A stretch of 64,000 nucleotides of DNA, taken from NCBI GenBank assembly GCA_951406725.2, contig OX597819.1, positions 94,488,001-94,552,000 on the forward strand, given 5' to 3'. Source of the DNA: Octopus vulgaris (taxonomy: Eukaryota). The notes beneath the pieces are model-generated. The model was not told where the DNA came from. It worked only from the letters and a program-made list of their open reading frames with translations, and did no database searches. A program made the position numbers and the translations under genes. Below are positions 39,491 to 52,761 of this stretch, piece after piece; position 1 is the stretch's first letter; the number at the start of each line of letters is the position of its first letter.

Positions 39491-42400
39491 TTGGGATATA
39501 TATACATACACACACATATATATATAGATGAATAATGGTTAAGAGTCCATACAAATCAAAAATTAGAGTTGGAAAAGGCACAGAAATATATTTTAGAGAA
39601 TGATTAATAAAATATTACCTGTTTCAAAGTATCCATCTTAACAAATATAGAACTCAAATTTGGGTACAAATATATATATAATCATCATTGTTATTTAATG
39701 ACCATTTTCCATAGGTTGGACAGTTTGACAAGAGCTGGCAAGCTAGAGGGTCATGGTAAGGCCTGCTGCCTGTTTTGGCATGATTTCTATGACTGGATGC
39801 CCTTTCTAACATGAACCACTTTATGGAGTATACTGGGTGCTTTTTTGTGGCCCTGGCACCAGTGGGGTTTCCAAATAATTTGCAAGAAAAGTCATTGTTT
39901 TAACATCTGCTTTTCCAAACTGCTTTATATAAGTAACAGTTTGTAGCAGTATAGTTTTATCATCAAATATTTTTTCTTAAGCATCCATTATATGATTTAT
40001 ACTTTTTGGCCGGGTACTGTTTTTATCCCCCCAAAATATAGTATTGCCAATTGGATTGACTATAGTATTTTACTAGAGCATATTTTTTATCATTTATGAA
40101 TATGAATGCTACATCATCATCATCATCATCACTTAGCATCTGTTTTCCATACTGGCATGGGTTGTTTGGTTTGACAGGAGCTGCCTAGTCAGAAGACTGC
40201 ACCAAGCTCCACTGTCTGATTAAACATGGTTTCTATGGCCTGATGCCCTTCCTAATACCAAACATTTTACAGGTGTACTGAGCACTTTTTACGTGGCACT
40301 AGCAACAGTGAGGCCACCAAATAATTTACATGACAAGACCCCCTTAAGCTATTGGGTGGGCTAACTAGAATTGGAAAAGGTGGCTTGGTGCTTGATGAGA
40401 AGTTACAGTATGAGTAGAGGGACAGAAATAAATGTCTTGCAATAAAGGAAATATATGGATGCCTTAGTAGGTGGGGATGAAAAGATGGGGGATACACTTA
40501 AATTACAGGGAAGTGAATATAAGTGAAGTGAGACCAAGGATTGGACAAGGTGAGTGGGAGGCAGAGGGAATGTAGTGAGTGGACAGAGATAGAGGGAGGG
40601 GGTGTTTAGGTGGATATGTTGTGGGGAAGACATTCAACAGGAATGATAGGGAGTAGTGGGGTACAGCAGATGGTGAGCACAAGCGAGGAGAGAGGGGAAG
40701 TGCCGCAAAGAATTGAACTCAAAAGTTACAAATCAATCATTGAGCGAAGTATTTTTTGTACAACCTTTTATTTATTGAAATATTTTCACTGATCAAAATA
40801 GGCTCATATTAATTCTGAAATAATTTCCTGAATTCTATGACCTGCATGACATAACATGTCATATGTCTTCTGAATTCTTTGCTAGCTCATAACGGCTACA
40901 TACTGATCGGCATCTGAAGCAGTATCTTTGTTTTCATGTTTAATTATGCATGTTAGCATGCATTACACACAACTATTAATATACTCTCAGCCTCTTTCCT
41001 TCACATTTCAATCTTGTGTTAGCATGTATGAGAGATTAATATATTCAGATCAATTTTAGCCACTTTGAACATCAGCCTACATTTCTTCACTCAGCATGTA
41101 TGATTTATATTGTTGCATATCTATAACTCTTATACTTATTTCTCCTGGATGCATACAGTAACCAATGCCTTTGGTAATATAGCTGCATGCTTTTTCAACT
41201 CTTTTGCACTGGCTTTTCTCACAAGTTAAACTTATATCTATTTACTGCTCTCACTGCTATACAGTATCACAATTTCTACATACTCTATAACTTTATTTTG
41301 TTTGTTTCTTTGAAGTTTTTTTGTTGTTGTTGTTTTTCTTCTTACTTTTTCCATGCTGGCATGAGTTAGGCAAGACTTATTGAAGCAAATTTTCTACAGT
41401 TGGATCCTCTTTTTGTTGTGAACCTTTATTTTATTTTCCTAAGAATGGTATTTTTTTCATTCTATTGGTCCTCACCTGTCAAAATTGATTGAACAAAAGG
41501 CCTTTAGTTTACTGGAGAATGTAAATAATGTCACTAGTTTATTCAGACAGTGTTAATGAACACACACATGTTTACACAATAGACTTCCTCATAGTTTTCG
41601 TCTACCAATTCCACTCGCAAAACATGGGTCAGCTCAAGGATCCACTCTACAGGACTGAACCCAAAAACACATAATTGAGAAGCAAACTTCTTTACCACAC
41701 AGCCATGCATGTATCAGTTTGTCTTTCATAAAGCTTTGTATTGTTGTTTAGTATAGTTACAGTCAAGTCTCACATACTAAATATGTTGAGCTTTGGTGTA
41801 TTTTGATATCATACCTTACACTTCACAAATATTGTTTAACTGAGAGGCATATTGAATTTAGTTATCAGTGCAGAGACTGGCATTATAGATACAGTTAGTA
41901 CATAAACTTGATTTTTTTTTTATGTTTAACTATTATATATTACCATTATATTCTCTTTCTAGTAAGTTATCTGGACACTCTACAACCTTTTAGTCCAAGA
42001 CAACTCACATCACTATCTCTCTACACCAGTGTGTCTGGTTTCCTTAAAGGGATTTTTTTCTCTCATATTACCAGAGATCTTTCTACTTTTTTTTAGTTGG
42101 TGGCTATTTGCAATGAGCAAAGATATTCAGTTTTCTGCCTGGTTCATAATCATCACCATCATCGTTTAATGTCTGTTTTCCATGCTGGTATGGGTTGGAT
42201 GGTTTGACTGAGGCCTGGAGAGCCATTCTGCATATTTCACAAGTTCCTAACATTTGTAAAAGATCTCTGTTCGTTTCTCAAATTTTCTAATCTAAGACTT
42301 CTTATATTCTATATTATGGTAATAATCATCACTGTCATTGGTGTTTCACCCTGTATTCTCTTTCTTTAATATATATTGATTGGCTTCTTTGTGGTTTGTC

Positions 42401-45157
42401 CTTCATTGTCAACGGTGACCAAGACTTATGATTAGCTTGTATATCTAGTCTAGTGAGTCTAGATGTGACTGATGATCCCTATCCAGGCCAGGAATTTTCT
42501 CCCACATTGAGGGCTTTTATGGAAACGTGCAACACTCAGAGTACTTATAGTTCTAGCTTTGTTGAGTGAACGCTTCTCAGAAGCAGCAGTTCTTGTGTTT
42601 TTAGCTGCTTGGGCCTCAGTGTAAATCAGACTGCACCAGTTGCATCAGCTTTGGGCAAGCTGCTCTCAAGAGTCAACTACAATGGTGAAGTCTTTTAGAG
42701 ATACTTTTATGTAATCCTTGAACCACTTCTTTTGCCTGCCACAACAGTATGTTTTCCCTCACAAAATTTGCAATAGAGAAACTGCTTTGGGATGAGATGT
42801 TTTGGTATGTAATGATATGCCCAGGCCATCTCACCTCAGTCTTTACAAGAGGATGTACAAGATTGGAATATTGGCTTACTGTACTTATTGCACTTCATTG
42901 CCCAGGATCTTGTTTTTCCAGCAGATGTGCAGGATGCTGTAAAGCCATTGTGTGAAAAGAATTGAAATATTTCGTGTGTTTCTTATAGACTGTTTAGGAC
43001 TCATAAGCATATCAGCTCAACCTTTTTGTGATTAAATTTCTAACATGTACACTATTTCTTATATATCAATATAATCAGGACTTTGGGAGTTCAGCAAAAT
43101 ATCTTACTTCATATATTGGTATTTATTATGTTGATGTTGATAAACTGATATCATGCTATCATTCATGCAACATTTTCGTTCAAATATAAAATCTTAAGTG
43201 TGGCTGGCCTCAGACAGGAGTTGCTATATAAAAGGCTTAAAATCTTTTCTCATAAATTAGTCTAAATTATTTCACTTTCAATGATAGTAAAATATAAGAT
43301 ATATAGATAGCACTTTCACTTACATATAATACGAATATTTTCTCATAAAGTGTTCTTGAATTCATAAAATAATCTAGATTTGTTTTTTGTTTTTGTTTCA
43401 TGTTGCTGAAATGTAAAGGTTAACGTAATAATTTTACTAAATCTTGTCTTTGTAATTAATAAAGTTGTTTGCTAAATCAGTTTAAGATCTTTGTTAAAAC
43501 AATTTTAACACTAAGTAAGAAACATGGTTATATAACATTCTAATTCATTGGTGCTGGATTTATACTCATCTTATAATAACTCTGCTTGTCATTGCTTTAC
43601 TTAGCCCATGGGTAACGTTTTCATGTAACTAGAGAAAAAGAGGGCAAGAGAAGTGTCCATGGCATGGGGTATAGGGAATGTAATTGTAATGCTTTCACGT
43701 GATTAGTTGAAGGGAAAGAGGGGAGAGAGAAAAAGAGGATAAGACAGAAAGAGGGAGAGAAAAGCATCTATGACATGAAGTAGGGGGAACGTAATATTTA
43801 TTATATGGTTAAAAATGTGAGTTGAAAGTAGAAGAGGGGAGTTTAAAATATAATTTTAACAGAGGGGTGATGTTCTGATGGTGAGGTTAAAGAAAGGCAG
43901 AGAGGTAGGGAGATGATGATGGTGGTGGTGATTGGATAGTGAAAAGTGTTTGTTTGTTTTTTGTCTTAATTGAACTAAGTTTTTTACATCACCGTTCACT
44001 TAACACAGGCACATAAGTGCAATTCCATGAAATATTCAAGCTTATTTACATGGCAGATATATGCAATTTAACTAAAGGTTGTATCATATGTATGAGATAT
44101 TTTTTTCTTTATGGGAAAATGGAAAAATAAGAGTAAATATTTATTTTATGAGTGCTGTGTATTAAATCTATAAAATTGTGCATAAAGTATATAAAGTGTA
44201 TATATAAAGTTCATTAGGTAACCGTCATATTCCAATTTCTTTCACTTTTCAATGAGTAGCAGATAAGCGACAATCTTTCCATTCAGACACTGCACAGACT
44301 ACACTTTCAGGTTTTTTGGATAAAGTTTTCAGAAATAACCCAATAGGTTTACCATTAATTCCATTATTCATGGGTCCCACTAGTAAATTTTAATTTTCTC
44401 AAACTTAAACATTGTTCACTCATATTGTTGATATAAATTTACAAGTTGTCACTTTATCATAAAATTATTTGTTTTGAGATTTTGCCTCAAAAAAATTGTG
44501 AATGACATATTTTTCAAGCTGTTCAAGTATTAATACAGAATTTCTAAAGCCTCTGAGAACCATGTTCCTACTGTCATGGGTCTGCTTGATTAAAGATGAC
44601 CTGAAGCTATAAAACACAAAAAATATTAGCATATAATCTCTGTGTTAATAATCCTTAGGTATATAACAATTTATTAGAAGCCAAATAATTACTAGTTTTG
44701 TTATTCTTTTTGTGCATGTAAATGCAGTTCTTTGCTGGCATAGTTTAAATGGCTAACAGGATCCAATGGGCTCAAGGACTACATCCTGTTCCAGTGTCTA
44801 TTTGCAAGATTTCTACAGCTGGATGCCCTTCCTAATGCCAACCACTTTACAGTGTGCACAGGGTGCTTTTTTTCATACCAGTGGGGAAGGCAAACTTTAT
44901 ACTAGGAGGATAAGGTGTAGAGAGGGGTAAAATATGAGAGAAAAAGGCCAGAGCAAAGCAGGTTTTTTGTTGAGGGGAGGATGGGGAGAGCAGGAAATTG
45001 GTGATGAGGTGTCAGTGTAGACCTTAGAGGTACATGGTGGCTAAGAATGGGTAGAATAGGGGTACCAAAAATGAGTGGAAGAAGTAGAGGATGTTTTATT
45101 TATATTTTTGTCTTTTTGTTCACATATTATAAAACAGAATAAAAAAAACTTTGCTAA

Positions 45158-45388
<231 letters not shown>

Positions 45389-45430
45389 TAATTTTATCTT
45401 CTCTATACATTATTATTATTGTTGTTGTTG

Positions 45431-46548
45431 TTATTGAGTGAGAAAGCAGTGCATGCCATCAGAGTAACTGGGGTAAAATATATGAAGCCTCGTATTATAC
45501 CCATCACAACTACCCATCTGATAAGGGTAACCCAGGCACATTCATCACAACCATGTGTGCACAACATGATGACCTGATATTGAAATAAACAGCCACATGA
45601 CCTTGCAAGTGGGGCCCAGTTAGAATTTTCATGTTGAGTAGCCCATCTCACTCAAAAGGTCTCTAAATAAGAGTTGTTTAAGGATGTTGAACAAAACACC
45701 CATGTTTCCAGAGATGAATTATTCAAACTCCAAAGTATTCCTCTCAATACATGGCTATGGTGCTCCCACACTACTTCTGCTCATAATCAGAGATGCACAT
45801 ATCATCAGCCACTAAGGAACATGCTCAACTAGTTATGATCAAACAACTGGCAGGCAAATCTGTGGTATTGAGAGCAGAATATTTGCTGTAGCCCATCTTT
45901 TATACCAAGACAAAGCAGTGTACATGATAACACTTCCAATCAGTTAAAATCAGGAGCCATGAGAGTCACTGCTTAGTACTTATCAGGGCATTTATTATTA
46001 TTGAGTGAAAGAGCAGTGCATGCCATCAATGTGACACTGGAGTAAAATATACGAAGCCTAGTATACCCATCATGACTACCCGTCTGATAAGGGTACACTA
46101 GGTACACGCATCACAACCATATGTGCGCGATATGGTGATCTCATATCAAGATAAACAGTGCATGACCTTGCAGGTGGGGCCCAGTTAGAATTTTCTTCTG
46201 GTTGAGTAACCCATCCGTCTCTAAATGTCTTTGAATAAATAATGTTTAAGGATGTTAAACAAACCACCCATGTTTCCAAAGGTGAATTATCCAAACCTCC
46301 AAGAATTCCTTTCAACACATGGCTATGATGCTCCTCCACTACTTCTGCTTGTGGTCAGAGATACACATATCGTCAGCCACTAAGGGACATGATCAACTGG
46401 TTATGGTCAAACAACTGACAAGCAAATCTGTGGTATTGAGCAGAATATTTGCTGTAGACCATCTTTTATACCAAGACAAAACAATGTACATGATAACACT
46501 GCCAATCAGTTAAGATCAGAAGCTATGAGAGCCACTGTCTGGTACTGC
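45431..46548. repeat. Two tandem diverged copies of a ~560-bp repeat
   Basis: 45431-45990 and 45998-46548 align throughout (TTGAGTGA..GCAGTGCATGCCATC ... GAGAG.CACTG) and are separated by (TTA)n. Confidence 0.85.
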
Positions 46549-46832
46549 TATTATTATTTTTTTTTTTCCTTCTTTTTACAAATTTTCTTACATTTCTCGC
46601 CGAGTGTTTTCCGTACACCTAGGGCAGAGAGGCTCATTGTATGCATTCCCAGATTACACACACAAATTCACAGTTAAAATATGCATTTAAAAAAAAATTA
46701 ATAAATAAATAAATTCATGAATGGATGTTGTTTTCACAGCGATAATGCTCTTCTCAGTACATGAGCCATTCCAGTTAACACGATTTTTTGCACTTCCTCC
46801 TCCTTCTTATTATTATTATTATTACAACAAAA

Positions 46833-48055
46833 GACAGTGAGCTGGCAGAATCATAAGCACACTGGGCGAAATTCTTATCATTTCATCCATCTTTACATTC
46901 TGAGTTGAAATTCCACCAGGGTTGACTTTGCCTTTCATCCTTTTGGGGTTGATAAAATAAGTACCAGTTGAGCACTGAGTTGATGTAATCAACTAGTCTC
47001 CTCCCCTGAAATTTCAGGCCTTGTGCCTATAGTAGAAAGGATTATTAAGGTTATGAGCTGGCAAAATTGTCAGCTCAACAAACAAAATGCTTAATGCCAT
47101 TTCATCTGTGTTTATATTCTAAGTTCAAATTGTGCTAAGGTTGACTTTGCTTTCATCCTTTCAGGAGTGATAAAATAAGTACCAGTTGAACATTGGGGTT
47201 AATGTAATCAATTAGCACCCTCAACTCTGAAATTTTAGGTCTTGTACCTATAGAGTTATTATTATTATTATTTAAGGTAGCTAGCTGGCAGCACTGTTAG
47301 CACATGGAACAAAGTGCTTGGGGGCATTTCATCCACCCATTCATTCAAAGCTCATATTCTACCAAGTTTGGCTTTGCCGTTCATCCTTTTGCAAGTCAAT
47401 AAAATAGGTACCAGCTGAGTGCTGAGGTCAATGTTATTGACTTTCCCCTCCACTAGAATTTCAAGCCTTGTGTCTCTGATAGAAAAGAATGGCAGCAGGA
47501 GGAGGAGGGTGGCAAGCTGACAGAATTGTTAGCATGCCAAGCAAAATGCTTTGTGGCATTTCTTTCGTCCTTACGTTCTGAGTTCAAATTTCGCTGGGGT
47601 CAATGAAATATGTACCAGCTATGCACTGGAGGTCAATGTAATCAACTAGTCCTCCAAAACTTTAGGCTTTGTGCCTATAGTAGAAAGGATTATTATTATT
47701 ATGTTATTATGATCAGCAGCAGCATCAAATGGCAAAATCATTGCGATGCTCAACAAAATGCTTAATGGCACTTCTTCCAGCTCTTTGCATTCTGAGTTCA
47801 AATCCCACTGCAATCAACTTTGTCTTTTATCCTCACCTATGATTGATAAAATAAAATAGCAATCAAGTACTGGAGTCAGTTTAATTTGACTTAACTCCTT
47901 CCCCTCAAATTTCAACCTTGTACCTATGTTAGAAACAATTAGTATTTTTACTTTTATGAACTTTTATTAGGGCAGTTGATTGGCAAAATTGTCTTACAGT
48001 ATTTATTCTGGCTCTTTTTATTCTGAGTTCAAATCCCACTAGGACATCTTCATCC
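46833..48055 (+). repeat. Tandem array of 5-6 diverged ~220-bp SINE units
   Basis: Each unit reads GAGCTGGCAGAAT..TTCTGAGTTCAAAT..GACTTTGCCTTTCATCCTTT..GATAAAATAAGTACCAG..(ATT)n. The central motif resembles the Nin/Deu SINE domain as I recall it. Dispersed copies also occur (e.g. 21974, inverted at 50470-50670). Confidence 0.75.
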
Positions 48056-48415
48056 TTAATACGCTACTCTCTGCTGTTACCAAAATAATGTGGTTGCAAA
48101 CTGACAGCCATTGGTTGTTTTTTTCTTTTCCTTTTTTTTTTTCTTGTGGTAATGTGATGATAGTGTTTAGTACCAAATCAGCACCAGCTGAGCTGAATTA
48201 TGATCAAAGACAATCCACTTGTCACCATCTTATCTCCTGAACTTTAGCCATAATGTATCAAGAACTAAATTATCCATCAGCATATCTTTTTTTTCTGAAT
48301 GGTACTGTGTGAACTGAGAGAGATTTGACTGCTGTTTCTCACAAGTCAAATGACCATCTAAGGACTCCCTTGCTGACATGTTTGTTCCTTACCTTTTCTT
48401 CTTTATTTTTACTAG

Positions 48416-48542
48416 GTGGCTGGCTTTTAGAACTGGATTTATGAGTGATCTGATTGTATTCTTTTCTGCTGTCTTTTCTGTAACCAACCGAGATTCACTC
48501 ACTCCTGGCAGTGTTGGACTTGCTATAACATACGCTCTCAGT
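48416..48542 (+). CDS. ABCC1: ABCC1-like exon, TM16 (127 nt)
   Basis: ctag|G TGG..AGT|gtaagt. Translates WLAFRTGFMSDLIVFFSAVFSVTNRDSLTPGSVGLAITYALS. Confidence 0.94.
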
Positions 48543-49503
48543 GTAAGTAAATCTAAAAAAGTTATGGGTTCTTTTTGGTGGGAGTGGGGTTCTGTCTTGT
48601 TATTCTAGTCATAGCCTCTCTAGATCGACTGAAAGTGAAATCAGAGATAACTGAGTGACACGGCAGTGATAACAGAGGTGAGGGTACCAAGATGATAACT
48701 ATCAAATTAATAAAACCAATCAATGGGAATATTCTTTTTGCGTTTACTTGTTTCAGGCATTTGACTGTGGCCATGCTGGAGTACCACCTTTAGTCAAACA
48801 AATCAACCCCAGGACTTATTCTTTTTAAGCCTGGTACTTATTCTATTGGTCTCTTAAGCCGAACTGCTAAGTTATGGGGATGTAAACACACCAACATCGG
48901 TTGTCAAGGGATGGTAGGGGACAAACACGGACACACAAATACATATGTGTATGTGTGTATATATATATATATACACACATACACATGACAGGCTTCTTTT
49001 AGTTTCCATCTACTAAATCCACTCACAAGGTTTTGGTCAGCCCGAGGCTATTGCAGAAGATACTTGCCCAAGGTACCACACAGTGGGACTGAACCCAGAC
49101 ACATGTGGTTTGTAAGCAAGCTACTTACCACACAGCCACTCTTGTGCCTATGTGGATATTTTCAATGAAAACAAATCAAAATAGATGAACATCAATGGAA
49201 TTTGTATCTTTGTGGTACCAGTGCCGGTGGCACACAAGAAAGCCATCCAAGCGTGGCGGTAGCCAGTACCACATCGACTGGCCTCCGTGCTGTGGGCAAG
49301 TAACAAACACCATCCGATCGTGGCCGTTTGCCAGCCTCATCTGGCACCTGTGTCGGTGGCACATAAAAACACCATCCGAAGACCCGGCAAGACTAGTCAG
49401 GCCATAACCCGTGGCCCCTACCTGGGACGTAGTCAGTCCACCTGTGCATACCTTCCTTCTTGTGACACTTGTGAAGACCTGTTGAGGCAAGTGAAAATCA
49501 ATC

Positions 49504-50003
49504 AAAACAAATCAAAATAGATGAACATCAATGGAATTTGTATCTTTGTGGTACCAGTGCCGGTGGCACACAAGAAAACCATCCGAACGTGGCCGTAGCC
49601 AGTACCGCATCGACTGGCCTCCGTGCTGCGGGCACGTAACAAACACCATCCGATCGTGGCCATTCGCCAGCCTCATCTGGCACCTGTGTCGGTGGCACAT
49701 AAAAACACCATCCGAGCGTGGCCGTCTGCCAGCCTCGTCTGGCACCTGTGTCGGTGGCACATAAAAAACACCATCCGAGCGTGGCCGTTCGCCAGCCTCG
49801 TCTGGCACCTGTGTCGGTGGCACATAAAATCACCCACTACACTCTCGGAGTGGTTGGCGTTAGGAAGGGCATCCAGCTGTAGAAACACTGCCAGATCTGA
49901 CTGGCCTGGTGCAGCCTTCGGGCTCCCCAGACCCCAGTTGAACCGTCCAACCCATGCTAGCATGGAAAACGGACGCTAAATGAATGATGATGATGATGAT
50001 GAT
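49504..50003 (+). mobile_element. (GAT)n-tailed short retroelement, representative of more than 15 copies (e.g. 24555-24860, 28245-28500, 29958-30152, 51575-51820; inverted 52072-52418, 60623-60960)
   Basis: Shared core CACCCACTACACTCTCGGAGTGGTTGGCGTTAGGAAGGGCATCCAGCTGTAGAAAC..CCAACCCATGCTAGCATGGAAA..GACGTTAAACGATGATG, preceded by variable numbers of ~60-bp subrepeats. The 3' end matches the RTE remnant. Confidence 0.85.
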
Positions 50004-50140
50004 GAAGGCTTTAGAAAATCCATATTAAGGGTTACAACATCTTGAAAAATGTGTTATTCATAAATTTGTCATACAAATAGGATTACTAAAACAAGGTAAG
50101 CAATAGTTTTCTGTATTTTTACCTAAAATTTAATCTTTAA

Positions 50141-50360
50141 CCCTTTAGCATATAAACCAGTGATATCCAGCCAAAATATTTTACCTGCTTTATCTTCAAA
50201 TCGACCAGATTTGGCATCTCACACCTACCCTACAATGTCATTTTAAAAATAAACAATCACATTATCAAAATTTCAAAGCTATGAGATAATGCATGATTAA
50301 TTCAAAACAATATGAATAAATAAGTAGAATATTTGACAAAGTAATCTGATTGCTAAAGGA
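50141..50360. mobile_element. TTAA-flanked MITE family CCCTTTAGCA..TGCTAAAGG (also 25708-25901, 35985-36200, 58233-58430)
   Basis: Four related copies of 200-220 bp with short TIRs and TTAA-like target duplications, typical of piggyBac-mobilised MITEs. Confidence 0.75.
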
Positions 50361-51093
50361 TTAAAGCACAGTTTGTTTAACTTTCCAAGTGTGGCGTATT
50401 AATAATTTTTAACTTTCTGTCAGAATTGCACTCGTAGGATTAATATTTATTTCTCTATTGCTCACAGGGGGCTAAACATAGAGGGGACAAACAAGGACAG
50501 ACAAAAGGATTAAGTCGATTACATCGACCCAGTGCATAACTGGTACTTATTTAACTGACCCCGAAAGGATGAAAGGCAAAATCGACCTCAGCTGAATTTG
50601 AACTCAGAACATAATGGCAAACAAAATACTGCTAAACATTTTGGCTGGCATCCTAACAATTCTGCCAGCTCACTGTTTTAGTTGGGTTAATATTTATATA
50701 TATTTTTTTTTTCTCCCCTTGTTTCTTCTGTGTCCCTTTCTGTAGAAGAGCGTAGGCTCGAAACGTAAAAGACTTTTTCTATTCCTGAGCATTATACTAA
50801 TACATCTGTTTGTTTTGTACACCACCTGTCTTCATCTTTTTGTTTTTTTCGTAAACTCTCCCTTAATATTTATATATATTCCCCCCTTCCATTGCTAAGA
50901 GCATTTTTAAGCCAGCCCGTCAGTTCAACCTTCGCATATTCCCGTGTCAGGCCGAAGAACGAAATGTTCCCAAGATAAGAGTCTTTCTAATCTAATGTTG
51001 TGGTTGAGCTGTTTTGTTTATTATTTATTTATTATTATTATTACTATTATTAGTATTAGTATTGTCCCTTTGATCCCCTGGTCGACAGTTTGC

Positions 51094-51124
<31 letters not shown>

Positions 51125-52440
51125 TTTCAGCTTCGCCTCGTATTGCATATTATTTCTCCATACAGGGGTTTTTTTCAATGGCGGCCCATTTTCGCGGGGT
51201 TCCACTGTTCCCTTCTCTATCTCTCTCTCTCTCTCCCTCTCTCACGTTGTCTGCCATTCCCCCCTTCCATTGCTAAGAGCATTTTTAAGCCAGCCCGTCA
51301 GTTCAACCTTCGCATATTCCCGGTGCACCCGCCCTTGCCCACCCCCACCACCAATACCGGATATCTCTATATTTTTGCTCCATCTATACCGGATGTCGCT
51401 TCTCCCACCACCATTATAGGTGTCTACTCTTCGAACCCCCCTTTTCAATACGCTATTTCACCATGCATTACCCCTCTCTTGATATCCTACGTTCTACTTG
51501 CCTAGAACCTGTCATCATTTCTCTGAACCACCCCTCCCCACTGGTGCTCCCCTATATATTTCTGCCCCACCCCACATAAAAAAAGGCACCATCCGAACGT
51601 GGCCGATGCCAGACCCCTCTGGCACCTGTGCAGGTGGCACGTAAAAAACACCCACTACACTCGCGGAGTGGTTGGCGTTAGGAAGGGCATCCAGCTGTAG
51701 AAACACTGCCAGACTAGACTGGTGCCTGGGGCAGTCCCTAGCTCCCCAGACCCCGGTCGATACCGTCCAACCCGTGCTAGCGCGGAAAACGGACGTTAAA
51801 CGATGATGATGATGATGATGTATATATCTCCAGTGCACCATGAAGTTGAAAAAATTGAGGATAACTAGTGTCTAAATAATAACAGTATTTTGTTCCAGTA
51901 CTGCTTCTAGATTTCAAAATCATACCAAGATCAGCTCCTCTTTCCTTTTCTTTGAAGTAGCTAAAATAAGGATCAACCACCTAGTAGGATCAGTTTAGTT
52001 ATCGACACTCTCTTTCACTTTAAAATTGTGATAGTCTGCCAGTACCAGAAATTATTGCGATTACTGCAATTCATCATCATCATCGTTTAACGTCCGTTTT
52101 CCATGCTAGCACGGGTTGGATGGTTCGACCGGGGTCTGGGAAGCCAGGAGGCTGCACCAGGCTCCAGTCTGATCTGGCAGTGTTTCTACAGCTGGATGCC
52201 CTCCCTAACGCCAACCACTCCCTGAGTGTAGTGGATGCTTTTTACGTGCCAGGGGAGGCTGGCAGCAGCCATGATCGGTTGGTGCTTTTTACGTGCCACT
52301 GGCACAGAAGCCAGTTAGGGCGGCGCTGGCATCGGCCATGTTCGGATGGTGCATGCCACCAGCACAAGTATCACAACTACTATTTCCATCTGATATTTAT
52401 TTCGATGTTGATGTACTTATGCTTTTTTTTTTTATTTTAG

Positions 52441-52554
<114 letters not shown>

Positions 52555-52761
52555 TAAATTATTACTCTAAGCCTATGATGGATGAATTCTAACTTACATT
52601 TACTTTATTGAATATTAATGTCTTTTGATTAGGTAAAAGGTCAGTATTTTATTGGGGAGTGTAGTGCAGTCATTTAAATGAAACTTTAGTGAGTTATGCT
52701 GAAATCATGGAGCGCAGCATGCTGATTTGAACTATTTCAGCAGAAGAATTTAATGAGTTAA

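Noticed and set aside
49600-49830. CRISPR-like array of ~62-bp units
   Set aside because: These are tandem subrepeats of a eukaryotic retroelement, with no unique spacers and no cas genes.
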